Below are positions 27,580-41,037 of a DNA stretch of 64,000 bases, in pieces. Both the position numbers and the translations under genes were made by a program. The notes under the pieces were generated by a model. The model ran no database searches, was not told where the DNA came from, and saw nothing but the letters and a program-made list of their open reading frames with translations. The first letter of the stretch is position 1, and every line of letters begins with the position of its first letter. This stretch comes from Chiloscyllium plagiosum (lineage: Eukaryota), in assembly GCF_004010195.1 (NCBI RefSeq), contig NC_057728.1:40132918-40196917 (forward strand). Reading direction: 5' to 3'.

Positions 27580-28075
27580 CAACAAGGCTAGGACAGAAAT
27601 GTGAGTATGAGAACAAGATGATGTACTGGTAAGCAACTGGAAGATTGTGGTTATGCTTGTGGACAGAACGGAATTGTTCTGCAAAACTGTCATCCAGTGC
27701 ATGTCTGGTCTGCACAAATTCGAGGAAATGGCATTGTGAGCAGTGAATACTGTAGACTAAATTGAATGAAATACAAGCAAATCACCAGGAGTGAGTGTTT
27801 GAGACCTTGGACATTGAGGAGGTAGGTGGTAAAAGGGCAAGTGTTGCACCTTCTGTGATTGTATGAGGAGGTGCCAATGAACGGTAATGAGATATTGGGG
27901 TGATAGAGAATTGGACTGGGTTGGCCCAGAGGGAATGGTCCCTTCAAAATACTGACGGTGAGGAGAAGAGATGATGTGTTTGGTGGCAACATCACATTGG
28001 AGGTCAGAAATGGAGAAAGGTGATCCTTTGAATACGGAGGTGGTGATGTTGAAAGTGAGGACAAGGGGAGTCCTT
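27580..28075 (-). mobile_element. Penelope-like element fragment
   Basis: PLVLTF and RRCNTCP motifs (ORFs 27757..28122, 27690..28064), homologous to 44480-44830. Confidence 0.7.
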
Positions 28076-28806
28076 GGAGGTGCAGGTTTTATCTTTATAA
28101 AATTCTGAAGTCCATGAGCCATTTATATTGGAAACAAGAGTGGGAGTGGGAACCTCTTAAAAAAGGAGTCGTACCAAGAGAGTGAATTATGGTTGTATAG
28201 GGGCAAGAAAACTCTCTGACTCTACACTGTATATCAAGGCTGAAGAAAATACAAAGGGAGAACAGAAGTGTAACAAGAAACCAAGAGCCCTACTGGATAA
28301 ACCCTGTAAAGGCAGTGGGAGCAAGTATATTTCATGGTCAATGGCAGTAGTCAGACTCGGATGCAGCAGTACAAATTGTTCTCTGTATTTCCATGTGTAG
28401 GTAAGTTCAGTGAATGTATTTTCAAATGCCCTTTCCCTACAACTTCAACATATTCCCATCACTCACCCACTGACAATCTCATTCAACTAGGACTGATCAT
28501 CATATTTCATAACTTCTTCTTACCTTCACACACCCAGAAATTCCCAACTACCTCTCCCAGTCTTAAAAAAAACGTATTTGTCTACGTGTTCTGGGCATGA
28601 CTGACCAGACCAGCATTTGTTAGCCATTCCTAATTGTCCTTGAGGAAAGACATTGTCAATCAGTAGTACTGGGATTGAATGTTTAGAACGGTGAATAGGG
28701 TGCCAGTCAAAAAGGTTGCTTTGTCTTAGATGTTGTCAAGGTTCTTGAGTGTTGTTTAAGATCCATTCATCTAGGCAAATGGAGAGCACATCATTAGTAT
28801 GGTTTT

Positions 28807-29141
28807 CATAGAATCCCTATAGTGTGGAAGCAGGCCATTCAGCCCTTCGAGTGTACACCAACCCCCTGAAGAACATCCCATCCAGCCTTACCCTATCCCT
28901 GTAACCCTGCATTTCCATGGCTAATCCACCTAGCCTGCACATCCCTGCACTCTATGGACAATTTAACACTGCCAATCCACCAAACCTGCACATCTTCAGT
29001 CTGTGCGAGGAAACTGGAGCAAGCTCACGCAGACATGGGCAGAACATGCAAACTCCACACAGACAGTTGTCCAATGGCGGACTCGAACCCGTGTCCCTGG
29101 CGCTATGAGGCAGCCGTTTTAACCACTGACCCATCGTGCCA
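28807..29141 (-). mobile_element. HE1-type SINE
   Basis: Full-length reverse copy (DNCLCGVC-like pseudo-ORF). Confidence 0.88.
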
Positions 29142-30399
29142 CACTTACTCCTTTTTTATTCCTCTATTCTTTAATGGAATGTGGTCATCACTGGCATGGC
29201 TATCCCTAATTACCCCTGACCTGAGCATCACACTCAGGCATTTCAAAGAGCATTTGAAAGTTGCCCGCATTGTTGTAGGTTTGAAGAATGGAAGATCTGA
29301 TTCACTAAAGGACTCTTGTGAACTAGATGGGTTTTTAAACAATAAGTGATGATAGTTGTCATGGTTACCAAATACCGAGATGAGCTTGCAACTTCAGATT
29401 TTTTAAAATTGAATTCAAATTATCTCAGTACCGTGGTGGAAATTGAACCCATGTCCCTGAACATAAACCAGAACCTCTGGGTTATTAGTTTTGTGATTTA
29501 CAACAATGCCAACACCTACCCAACTATTACAACTAGGGGTTTCAGCAATGGCAATGCCATTAGCTATTGTTATAGCTAATGAGAAGCAACATAATTTTTC
29601 ATAGACACTTGTACAAAGACAAACACAGTTTCTCTCTCCCTTTACAAATATACCCATGGAGAGAAATGCACGCAACGGCAGACCTCACAGGCACACAGCC
29701 ACCTTCTCATTCTAACACACATTCACAGGACTTTTCCTGTCCCATAGGACAACAAAAGTGAACCTAACTGACACTCAGTGTAAAATGCTTCATTGTTGTT
29801 AGATAAATTAAAGTAAGCATTGCTCTTCTGAAACTGTGAGCTGTTGAGATTATCAGTTCCCTCTTTTGTCTGAATATTAAGTTAATGTTGCCATGGTGCG
29901 ACATTACTGGTGCCATCTGGGCAGTCACAGATATTGGCTATCTTTGCAGGCCATCTTGGTGTGAGCAGTTCACACTCTATTTCCATCACACCCTGCCTTG
30001 TGCCTTGTAAATGTTCAACACACTTGGAAAGTAAGGAGGTGAATTATGACAAAATTCCCAGCCTCAGATTGCTCTGTACCATCTACCTTATGGCTGGTCG
30101 ATTTCAGTTTCTGGTCCATAGTAACCTTCGGATGTTGATTGTGGTGGTGAGGGGATGGGGGAGGGCGTACAGCAATGGTAATGCCATTGATTGACAGAGG
30201 GATATGGTTAGATTCTCTCTTGTTGGAGGTGGTCATTGCCTGGCACTTTATGGCGCAAATATTATTCGATACTTAATAGCCCAAGCCAAGACTTTGGATG
30301 AGAGATTCAGCAGAAGATGATATCAGACAGAAGTGTTTGGGCAATGTTATGGAGGTGACAATTGACAGTCTTGGTGATGGCATGAATATAACTGGTTTA

Positions 30400-31140
30400 C
30401 TGCATTCTTCAGCTTTAACCCTGCTGCAAGACAAGGGCAACTCACGATGGTGAAGTTGTGCAGCATACAGAAGACCAACGTGATTCGTGATGTCTGCTCT
30501 GTTGAATACTGAAGGACCCCTCCACTATGGCCTAGAGAGTGAAAGTATTGTTTTAACAGTTCAATGACCTAATCTATCACATTTTACATGACATTGTGGC
30601 TTTCATAATGCATTTGAAACACATCAGTGCTTAAGTCACAAGATACACTCAGAGGAAAGTCCTTGTTACCGAGTGGTTAGCCTCTGTGGTAGTGGTTCCA
30701 CAGTCCAGCAGTCTGCTGCAGAATGAAGCATTATGAAGGGAAGCCTTTGGCTTGTGGCACCCACCACCATGGGAAAGTCTGCAATTCTTGTAAACTCACA
30801 TATTCAGTTGACTTGGAATACAGAGTGTTAGTGACCTCTCTTAAGCAATAGTGGATGACAAACTGGGAGATACAACAGATGTTTCCTGATACAATCTGGA
30901 AGGAGCCTAAAGGTTCTTGGCCACCTTCACAGCTGCTGACAGCATACTTCTCGCCTGGTGCTAAGGTTGTCCTTGTTGTTGCTACAGCAGATGAAAGATT
31001 CCAGTGAGAATGTCTTTCCTGAAAACACAGGTGTATGACACACTGCTCTTTGCTGAGTAGGAGAATTCCTCTCTGAATATGCCCATTGACTATGGTCTTC
31101 TGCCGAGAGTCTTTAACCCCATCTTCCTCTTCCACCATTC
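30400..31140 (-). pseudogene. PIF/Harbinger (HARBI1-like) transposase fossil
   Basis: GSFQIVSGNICCISQFVIHYCLREVTNTLY..KGFPS in ORF 30731..31138, then LGNK (~30660), GGVLQY (~30515) and FCMLHNF (~30460). Confidence 0.8.
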
Positions 31141-31885
31141 CAGCAGCTTGCTCTCCTCTGTATTGTGTCTACTTCCAGTCATGCTGCTGTTTGGGGTAAA
31201 GGGATTTACAAAACTTCACCTATGTCTGAGAGCAAAAGGTTGGTGCAGAGCACTGAAGTCAGGACAATCCTACAGCACAAGCCATTCTTCTAGCTGTAGA
31301 CTAGAAACCACCAAACACTTCACAAGTGTCACAAACGACTGTAGGATTCAATTGGTATTTAACATGAATGTAGTTGATGATCCTTTAAACAATGTTATTG
31401 GAGAGTTTAGTGCTTCTTGCTGCTCAGTTGTGAGTTTTTAAGTACAACATGCTGTCAGCATCATGATTGTCTGCATTCTTCCCCAGACAGACACTAACGC
31501 CCTCTCTGAAATGGTCTCTGGCTCATTTTGAAACAGGACAGTGTGCAAATGTTGCAGGCGTCGTCTGCACCCAAAATAGCACTCTTGCACCATAAACATT
31601 GAGCGCAGAGCAGGCAAATTCTGCACCCGCAGCAAGCAAGTTATGATTGATAAATAAATGAAATATAAAATTACTCTGTAACTTTTTAAATGTTATACCA
31701 AGGAGCAGTTTTTGACATAAACATGATCTAACATCCTTAATTTGTCATGTATGTGTCAGTATCATGTTAGCTGTGTTGCCTGGATTTCCCTCCATCTGGA
31801 ATTCCCTCCCTAATGGCATTGTACGTCTCCCTGCACACATGGACTGCAGTGGTTCAAAAGGCAGCCTGCCACTACCTACTCCAAG

Positions 31886-32060
31886 GTGAAAATGAGGACT
31901 GCAGATGGTGGAGATCAGAGTCTAGATTAGAGTGGTGCTGGAAAAGCACAGCAGGTCAGGCAGCATCCAAGGAGCAGGAAAATCAACATTTTGGGCAAAA
32001 GCCCTTCATCAGGAATGAGACAGGGAGCCTCCGGGGTGGAGAGATAAAATTTTATCTCTC
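31886..32060 (-). mobile_element. Penelope-derived terminal fragment nested in a LINE tail
   Basis: Same arm as 5220; the minus strand reads CTGATGAAGGGCTTTTGCCC near 31993-32012. Confidence 0.75.
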
Positions 32061-32742
32061 ACTACTTTCTCCAAGACAACTAGGGACAGGCAATGAATAC
32101 TGGCTTGGCCAGTGATGCCCACAACCCAGAGGTGAACATTAAACGAAAGTGCATGATTATAATCATTGAAACTATGAGATACCAGGGATGTTCGATTAAC
32201 CATCGTATTTCCTGGAGATAAAGAGTACAATTCAAATGCTCACTCCAGCATAAGACTAATGATGTTTGCAGTGTTTACTACCTGTGCCCAATCTTCTCCC
32301 CCCCCCCCCCCCCATAGCTGTGTGGGTGTGCAGCCTGCAGCAATTAAAAAAAAGTGCTGCACATTTTGAATAAAATGCCATCCAAAAGCAGAATGTCCCT
32401 ATATGTGTTTATACATGGCCTCACAACAACGTAAAGGGATTGCACACTGCAAAAAAAACCCGTGAAAGGTACATTAGAGGGGGTACCATCTGTAAAATGT
32501 TGTTGACTGTAGATTGCTTTAAAATGAAAGTTTTGCAGCCGTTGAGCTGCAGCCGTTGAAGACCTCAGTGTGATTATTTGAATGTGATTATTTAACCTTG
32601 CATTTATACAGCTCTTTTATCATCTCAAGCAAAGCGCAGCATCTCAAGGTACTTAGCAAATTCATCAGCAAATAAAAGTATAACATGGAGCTGATTAAGA
32701 AGATACTAAGAGAGATGGTCAAAGAGGTAGGTTTTAATGAAC

Positions 32743-32937
32743 TGAAAATGTGTTGCTGGAAAAGCGCAGCAGGTCAGGCAGCATCCAAAGAACAGGAGAA
32801 TCGACGTTTCGGGCATAAGCCCTTATGCTCGAAACGTCGATTCTCCTGTTCCTTGGATGCTGCCTGACCTGCTGCGCTTTTCCAGCAACACATTTTCAGC
32901 TCTGATCTCCAGCATCTGCAGTCCTCACTTTCTCCTC
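32743..32937. mobile_element. Palindromic Penelope-derived short element
   Basis: Near-perfect ~75-bp hairpin; 16-bp TSD GTAGGTTTTAATGAAC at 32727-32742 and 32938-32953. Confidence 0.88.
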
Positions 32938-35319
32938 GTAGGTTTTAATGAACATGGTAAAGGAGGAGAAAGAAAATAGAGAGGTCAATGTTTTAGGTAG
33001 GAATTCCAGTTCTCTTACAATCTCCAGTGTTGTGTTGTAACTAATGATCTATACACATAAAGTTGTCTTTTAAGAAATTTGAGCAGCTCTCAATAGATTT
33101 GCACTGGGAATAAATGTTGTTAGTGGTTTATTAACTTACCTTTGACTACTTTGATTTTAAAATTCACATCCTTGTTTGCAAATTCTTCCAAGGCCTGGTC
33201 CTGCTCGTCTATCAAGCCTCCTGTAGCCCCACAACCTTTTACAATCTTAGGGCTCCTGCAGTTCTATTCTCTCATGCATCCTTGATTTTAATCTCATCAT
33301 CATTGCTGGCTTCAGCTATCTGTGTCCTAAGATATGGAATTCCGTCCATAACCCTTTCTGTTTATTCCTCCTTTAAAATCTACTGGAGATCACAGTATAT
33401 AAGTCATCCTTGAGCCCCAAAGTGTCCTTCCAAAGACATGAGTCTACTTACACGTCAAGTATAAAACGTACACTGCCTGTTTTGGTGTGATGTATGAAAT
33501 AAAACAAAGCAGTGGTAATTCAAACTGAATCAATGTGCCTTTTTAAAAAAAAAATCAATTCCACAAGGATACTTTTAACCACAAAAAAGATTCGAAAATC
33601 ATCAAATTTATAGTGTGGAATTTTCTGCTTCCTTGAATGGAGTGGGCAATGGTCAAAAGGTTGGGAACAGATAGTGAAAATCAAAACAAAATAGAATCTC
33701 AAAATAGAATTGAAGAAATTTCTGAAAGCCAGGACATATCCTTACTGGCGTCAAGAGGGATTTCTGTCAGTCAGAAAGTGTAACCATAATCAGTCATGGG
33801 GCTCATCTGATCCTGGTCCAGGGGCTTTGCCACAGTCAGTCAGGCAATTGGTGCAAACAGAGTCAGGGGATCATTGTCCCTGCACTTGGGGATTGGGTCA
33901 CAGTCGTCCTTGTAGGTTAGGTGCACCCAGGGATTACAGGCTGCTCAGTTGGACTGCAGTGGAGACATCAGGCTGATGTCTGGCTGTTCTCAGTATAGGG
34001 GATGTCGGCCATGTTTAATCCTCGGGCATTAATAGTCAGAGGACTAAACAGGGAGAAAAGCTCAATAGGAATGGGATTCATTCAGTTGGGTCACTGATGA
34101 AAGAACACAATTCAGGAAAGAAGGATGGGATCTGATTGAGCATAGGAAGGGATGGACACCTCTGGGACAGGTATGATTTCACAAGTCACAATCACTTTGG
34201 TTTCTACGTGAAGAGTGGGCATGGCCAGCAAGGGTATGGCAAATTTGCAAAGCCACGTGTTCTGGGGAAAGTTGGGTTGTTAATGGTAACACAATGGGGC
34301 TGAACTGAAATGCTTTGAAGCTGAAAGTTCATCATGGACAGAGACATCAACTCAAAAAGGAACTTGAAGGATGGAAAGGAGAGGGGACGTCAATCAATGT
34401 CTCAGACAGGACCTGTAAGTCATTCTATAGAGTATGTAGTAAAAAGCTTTTCATCCTTAATCCAAAGTTAATTGTGCAGTAATGAGACATAATGGCTGTC
34501 ACCGCATATAGAGGGTACAGAGTATTTTGCTGTTTTTTTCTTTGGCGTGGAATAAAATTGTTTGAATTTGAAGTGTTACTAAAGCAATTGCATTAATGAT
34601 ACAGCCACTGATACAGTAATACCACCCATCTGACATCAAACTACAATTTATTTTCAGGGCAATTCTTTCCAAGAGTAAGCATTAGAAATTATGGCCTCAA
34701 ATAATGATGATCACTATAATTTTCCTCTTTATCATATCAAATAAACAAGTCTAATCAACTGCTAACTGAAAATTCTCCTCTGGGTTTGCCATTTCTGAAT
34801 CAAATTTCATATTTGACACTGGTTCAGAGCTATCAGATTCGCACACTGAGCTGTAAGTATCCAAGGACATAGTCTGCAACATTCAAGGGTTGACAATTTT
34901 GGGGCGGTGGGTTATATATGGTGGACTAATGTCAGCATCTTACTCCACAAATTTAGCACAAACAATTTAGTTCCGCAATATACATAAGGTTACATAGCTC
35001 AGAGCTCCTCGTTAAGACTTTCACTCCTCGCAAAACTTCAGGGCCACACTCTGCCAGGGAATGACACTTCATTGTAATTGATGTGAGGGCTCAGGAGAAC
35101 CATTACTGATATGCTGTCCTATTGCTGACATCCTCCACAGATTATCATCTCACAGACCTGATATGGACAACACAGTTGCTGGATTCCCTATGGCCTTGCT
35201 TCCCAAGTGAAGACAGTATCAGAGAACAGAAAATTACAACATTGCCAGCAAACCCCGCAAGAACAGTAGTTTCCAATGGCAGCTTCCAGAGGGAGAAGCA
35301 GAATGTGAAAAATTGGTAT

Positions 35320-35880
35320 GAAGATGGTCAAAGACAATGTGCAGACTCCGCATTCATAGACCTCACTGTCATTTTCTGCAGTTCTTGGAAACACAATGCA
35401 GACTAAGGAAGCCTTGGGCTATCATCAACAAACTGTGTTACCTGCTAGAGTTGATCTTGCACTTTAAAGGTCTGAAGGCATTTCTATTCTTGTTGCTAGC
35501 AAGGTGAAAGTGGCCCTGAGTTTTTATGCCATCAGCTTATTTCAAGGAGCAACTGGGGACCAGTGTGGTATCTTCCAGGCCTTGATCCATAAATATATTA
35601 GGGCTGTCACTGCTTTCTCCAGATTACACCTGTTTATAGCCCTCATCTACGGTAAGGAAGGAAAATACTCCAGGCCATGGGATTTTCCATTATCACTGGC
35701 TTTCCTCAGCTGCATGGCACTATTCACTGTGCCTTCCAATTGGTTTGAAAGTGCCTTATAATCAACTTGCAGGGATCATTGACAGAAAAGGATTTCACTC
35801 CATCAATATTCCACTCATTTTTGGCCATTGATTCTAGATTTTAGTGGTCTGTGTATTTATTTCGGAGTTGCCATGGTGTT
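35320..35880 (+). pseudogene. PIF/Harbinger (HARBI1-like) transposase fossil
   Basis: KVALSFYAISLFQGATGDQCGIFQALIHKYIRAVTA (ORF 35504..35761) and DRKGFHSINI at 35781-35810. Confidence 0.8.
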
Positions 35881-36459
35881 TATGGGAAACACCATTAAGT
35901 TCCTGCAACTTTCCATTTTGATGTTGCACAGTTAGGAGTTAAATTAAAAAGCAGAATTTCCAAAATAATAATGTTGGGATTACTACCTGAGACATAAACT
36001 AAATGGCATAAGAGCAAATAAAGTCAAGGAGTTAAATGTTTGGTTCAAAGATTAGCATGGGAAGAATGGGTGTCCATTTCTGGGGCACTGGCACCAGGGC
36101 TGGGGTGGAAGGGAGCTGTTAAAATCAGACAGGTTTCACGTGAGCTGTGCTGGGACCAATGTCCTGGAAAAATCAAATAACTACGGCTGTTGGGAGGGCA
36201 TTAAACTAATTAAAGTGTATGGGTTCTGCAGAGGAAGTACATTGGCTTGTAAAATGTCAACAGCATTTCAGGAGAGCTGTTTAAGTGAAGATACCCAAAC
36301 AGCGACAGAGTGTACAAAAAAAACCTGCAAATAGGGTCAAAGAGGGGAAAATGGCAAAAAGGCAAAATTAATGTCTCTTTATTTAAATGCATGCAGTATT
36401 GTGAGTTGCACGTAAAATTTCTATGGCAGGTCAAATAGGAATACAGAAAATGCAACATG

Positions 36460-37760
36460 AATAAACAGGTAATTTACACAGTCAACAGAAAGATGAAGTG
36501 CAGTTTTGTAAAATGTATCATACTTATCAGGTAAAAGGAAAATCTCAATGCGTAATTAAACCAGCACCTTCAATACTCATGTCAGTTTTTAGAGTTGAGA
36601 GTATGGTGCTAGAAAAGCACATCAAGTCAGGCAGCATCCAAGGAGCAGGAGAACCGACATTTTGGGCATAAGCCCTTCATCAGCCTCGAAATGTCGACTC
36701 TCCTGCTCCTCGGATGCTGCCTAACCTGCTGTACTTTTCTTGCACCACACTCTCGACTCTGATCTCCAGCATCAGTGGTCCTCACTTTCTCCAAATCAGT
36801 TTTTGAAGAGCTATTCAATCGATTGTTGGTAGGTAGTGAAGGTCCATTCTAAAATCAAAAGCAGGACATCAGAATATATTTATGATGATCTGATTCCCAG
36901 AAGCAATTCCTTTAAGGACAATTGCAACCAGCAATTAACTCAGTGTTTTACTTGTTATGGATGACCAATCAAACACAATCTGATCAAGGCTCCAGCTTTA
37001 TGTTAAAACTTTTCCAGAAGATCACTAGCAGTTTTAGAATAAGACAGTTGGAGTCCACTGTGAATCATCCACAAATACAGGCAGTTTTGGAGCGATGCCA
37101 TCAGAATTTCAAAACTTTGTGAAAACACAGTATTGCGAATACCCATTTGCTGTTGGAGGTTCTTCAAATGAATCTATTGGATTCAGTCAATTCCAATTGA
37201 TTTATGGCTATGAGATTAGAAGTCCATTAAAAGTGATTCAGAAAAAGTTCTAAAAGCTAAAGATGAATCCTCAATGTAGGATTTCGTGTCCATGATTCTA
37301 GAAAGACTCATAGGAACATGTAGATTAACACATTTGAAGAATGGACAGATAAATATTCTACAACAAGAACATCTCAAGTGGGAGAAATATTAAAATGCTG
37401 GAGATCACAGCAGGTCAGACAGCATCCATGGAGAGAGAGCAAGCTAATGTTTCAACTCTAGATGACTCTTCATTAGAGCTGAAATAAAGTGTGGAGGCAG
37501 TAGCACTTATCCAATAGTTTTGGTGCTGAGGGTAGTGGATGTAGGGTGCCAGTGAAGAAAAGATGTTGATAGTGTGTCAGTAGAAAGAGAGAGGTATTGG
37601 TATTGTTTCCCTTGTAAGGTGAACCTCTGAAAGTGAAATCCAGTGGTCCGTATCTTGTAGTTTGTAGAGTTTGTAAAGTGATTTACCTGTCGGAAGAAGT
37701 CAGTTATGTCACATAAGTATGTTGAAAGTATCATCATAGTGAAAAGAATAAGGAGGAACA
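36460..37760 (+). pseudogene. Gypsy-like LTR-retroelement integrase remnant
   Basis: IKPAP (~36555), FPEAIPLRTI (~36893), QSDQGSSFM..HPQIQAVLERCHQNFK (ORF 36922..37122) and NESIGFS..LIYGYEIRSPL; interrupted by PLE-derived inserts. Confidence 0.8.
36591..36796. mobile_element. Palindromic Penelope-derived short element, diverged
   Basis: Inverted arms like 32743; TCAGTTTTT on both flanks; minus-strand CTGATGAAGGGCTTATGCCC at 36664-36683. Confidence 0.8.
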
Positions 37761-38597
37761 GTGTGACAGATAGTAAGAAAGAGGAAATGACAGAAACAGT
37801 AAAAGTGAGGTCAGAGTGTAGTTCCCAAAGGGAACCTCCCATAACTTGATTAGCCAATGCAGAAATTCTGGGATAATTAGAAATGATATTTAGAGAAAGG
37901 ACAATGGGAGGATCTTATGCGGAAGGATAAGATAGTCTGTAGATACACATGGATGTATTACATTAGCTAGGCATAATATGGATGAATGAGAATGGTATGA
38001 ATGAAAGCAACATCCTTAACAACTGAGCACAGAACAACAAGCACAGGTGGATTCAGATTCAATACATATTGGAAAATCATCTTAATGGATGCAGCCAGAG
38101 TTTATCATTGGTTCTTCTTAGCCCAGACGAATAAATTCAATTTTGTATTGACTACAGAAAGGTGCTCTCTTGAGGATGGAGTCTGTGCCTGCAGAAGACA
38201 ACAGAAAGAAAATGAGTCACAAAAATAGGTGTAGAAGCTTGGCCATGTTAAGGATACATCATGGAGGTGGTAATAGGACAGCAATGGCCAATGAATCCTA
38301 CTTGGGTTCTGGCACATGGAGGTTTTGGCATCATCACATGAACTATTTCTATCCACTCCCATGAGTTCAGGGATTGTTTCCATGTGTCGGGTGAGGAGAT
38401 GAATGTCAGGCACCCCACCCACAGTGTTATATTTTTCTGTCTTATTGTGGAATGGTTTTCCCTGGAATGGGACAAAGGGTGGGATTGAGTGAAATGCAAG
38501 TGCCTGGCATAGATGTTGGCACTGGTGTGATTGGGGAATAGGTGATGAGGTATCCCATATGAGTGAGTAGGAAGCACAGAGGGCAGTAAGGTATACC

Positions 38598-40140
38598 TAT
38601 AGAGTCATAGAGTCATATAGCACAGAAACAGACCCTTGGGTCCAAATAGTCCATGACAACCATAATCCCAAACTAACATAGTTCCACCTGCCTGCCCTTT
38701 CGCCCATATCCCTCCAAACATTTCTTGTTCATGTACTTGTCTAAATATCTTTTAAACGTTGTAACTTTACCCACATTCACCACTTCCTCTGGAAGTTCAT
38801 TCCACTCACGAACCACTCTCTGTGTAAAGAAGTTGTTCCTCATGTCTTTTTAAATCTTTCTTCTCACACTTCAAAAATATGCCCCCTAGTCCTGAAATCT
38901 CCTACTTTAGGGAAAAGACAGCTACAATTCACCTTATCTATACGTCTCATGATTTTATAACCTTTGGTAAAGTCAACCCTCAACCTCCTATGCTGTAGTG
39001 AACAAAGTACCAGCCTATCAGCCTCTCCTTATAATTTAAACACTCAATTCCCAGCAACATTCTGGTAAATCTTCTGAGCCCTCTCCAGCTTAATAATATC
39101 CTTGCTATAACAGGGAGACCAATAACTGGACACGGTACTCCAGAAGAGGGCTTACCAACATCCCATACAACCTCAAAAGACATCTGACATTTCTATACTC
39201 AAAAGTCTGAGTAATGAAGGCAAGCATGCTAAATGCCATCTTAGTCATCCTGTCTACATGTGACATAAATTTTAAAGAATTATCTACTGAACCCCTAGGT
39301 CTCTTTGTTCTCAACACTACCCAAGGCCCTACTTTTAATTGTATCAGTCCTGCTTTTGTTTGTTTTACGAAAATGTAGTATTTCACATTTATCTAAACTC
39401 CATCTGCCACTTCTCAGCTCTTTGACCCAACTGGTCAAGATCTTTTTGTAATCTAAGATAACCATCCTCGCACAAAACCATGCCAACTATCCTTAATCGT
39501 TCCTTGCCTCTCCAGATGCCTGTAAATCCTATCTTTCAGAATCACCTTCAACAACTCCACCACCAATTTTGTGTCATCCGCAAATTTACTAACCATACTA
39601 AATGACAAACAAAAATGGACCCAGCACCAATCCCTGTGGAACATCGCTGGTCACAGGCCTTCAGTCTGAAAAACAACCCTCTAACATCACTCTCCTACCG
39701 TTAAGCCAATTTTGTATCCAGTTGGCAAGCTCACCCTGAATCCCATGTGTTCTAACTTTACTAATTAGTCTACCATGCGGCAGCTTGTCAAGGGCTTTAC
39801 TAAAGTCTGAGTAAATGATGTCTACAACTCTACCCTCATCAACCTCTTGGTTACTTCCTCAAAAAACTCAATCAAGTTTGTGAGTCAAACCTCCTCGCAC
39901 AAAACCATGCTGACTATCCTTAATCATTCCTTGCCTCTCCAGATGCCTGCAAATTCTACCTTTCAGAATCACCTTCAACAACGAACCCACCACTGAAGTC
40001 AGATGACAGATTCATAGTTCCCCGGCTTCTCCTTACATCTTTTGTTAATCAAAGGCACAACATTAGCCATTCTCCAGTCATCCAGCACCTCACCCATATT
40101 TATAGATGATACAAAAATGTCTGCAAGGGGCCCTGCAATT
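38598..40140 (-). mobile_element. CR1 LINE 3' ~1.5 kb with an internal 91-bp duplication
   Basis: WRMANVVP..KPGNY, SKFADDTK and LEYRVQ motifs; 39465-39555 resembles 39892-39982. Confidence 0.88.
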
Positions 40141-40818
40141 TGCAGTTTGTTTGGTAGGAAGGAGTGAATGTGAACCATTGAGGAAAGATGCTGCATGCAA
40201 TGATGAAAGTGGTAGACAATGAACCTTGATGGGAGGTGGGTGCAGAGTTAGATTGAGAATGAGGTAGCAGACAGAAGGTAGTGGAACTTATCCTTATAGA
40301 GTGCAAAGAACCTTTTTGTGGCAGAGATGTATATTCCTCTGGACTGTAGAAATGACTCTGAACTTGGGTGGCCAAGTCAGACCAGGATGGTGCCTTTTGC
40401 TGATTCTGAGGCTTTCCTCTCCACCATCAGGGGCACCACGGCCTCTGGGTCCCTGTCAGCAAATCGGGGTGCCTACTGTTGCCTATCTTTGGGACAATTC
40501 TTCTCACACTGGGGCTGCAAAAGGCAATTTCTTGCTCACTTAATTTAAATTGCTGCACAGCTTAACTTTAAATATGGTGCTGGCAGTGAGAAACCTGGAA
40601 GGTCCCTCCACCAGTGAGAATCTCTAGTGGGTGCAAGGTAGCTCAGGATAACAGGAGGAGTGTGGTGCAGAGGTAATAAGGTAAGCGAGGGCAAATTATG
40701 TGGAAAAACCTGCCTGAGATTCACCCATCACGAAATTCCTCAGCCTTTAGTCTTAGCTGATTTTCAGGAAAGTTCAGCCCATTGTTTCACTTCATTAAAG
40801 CAAATTTTTTATTAGTAT

Positions 40819-41037
40819 TCAAACAGGCCATTCAGCCCACATTGCCCATCCAGATCCACTCCATCCCTGCAGCCAATCCACCTAACCTGCACTTCTTTGG
40901 ATTGTCGGAGGAAACTGGATCAAATCCATGCAGACAAATGGAGAATGTGCAAACTCCACACAGACAATTGTGGAGGCTGGAATTGAACCCAGGTCCCTGG
41001 GATTGTGAGGCAACAGTGCTAGCCACTGAGCCACTGT
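40819..41037 (-). mobile_element. HE1-type SINE split by the PLE insertion
   Basis: The SINE 5' end resumes at 45307-45325. Confidence 0.85.

Noticed and set aside
32297..32313. Poly-C/G run as a functional G-quadruplex
   Set aside because: A simple homopolymer with no supporting context.
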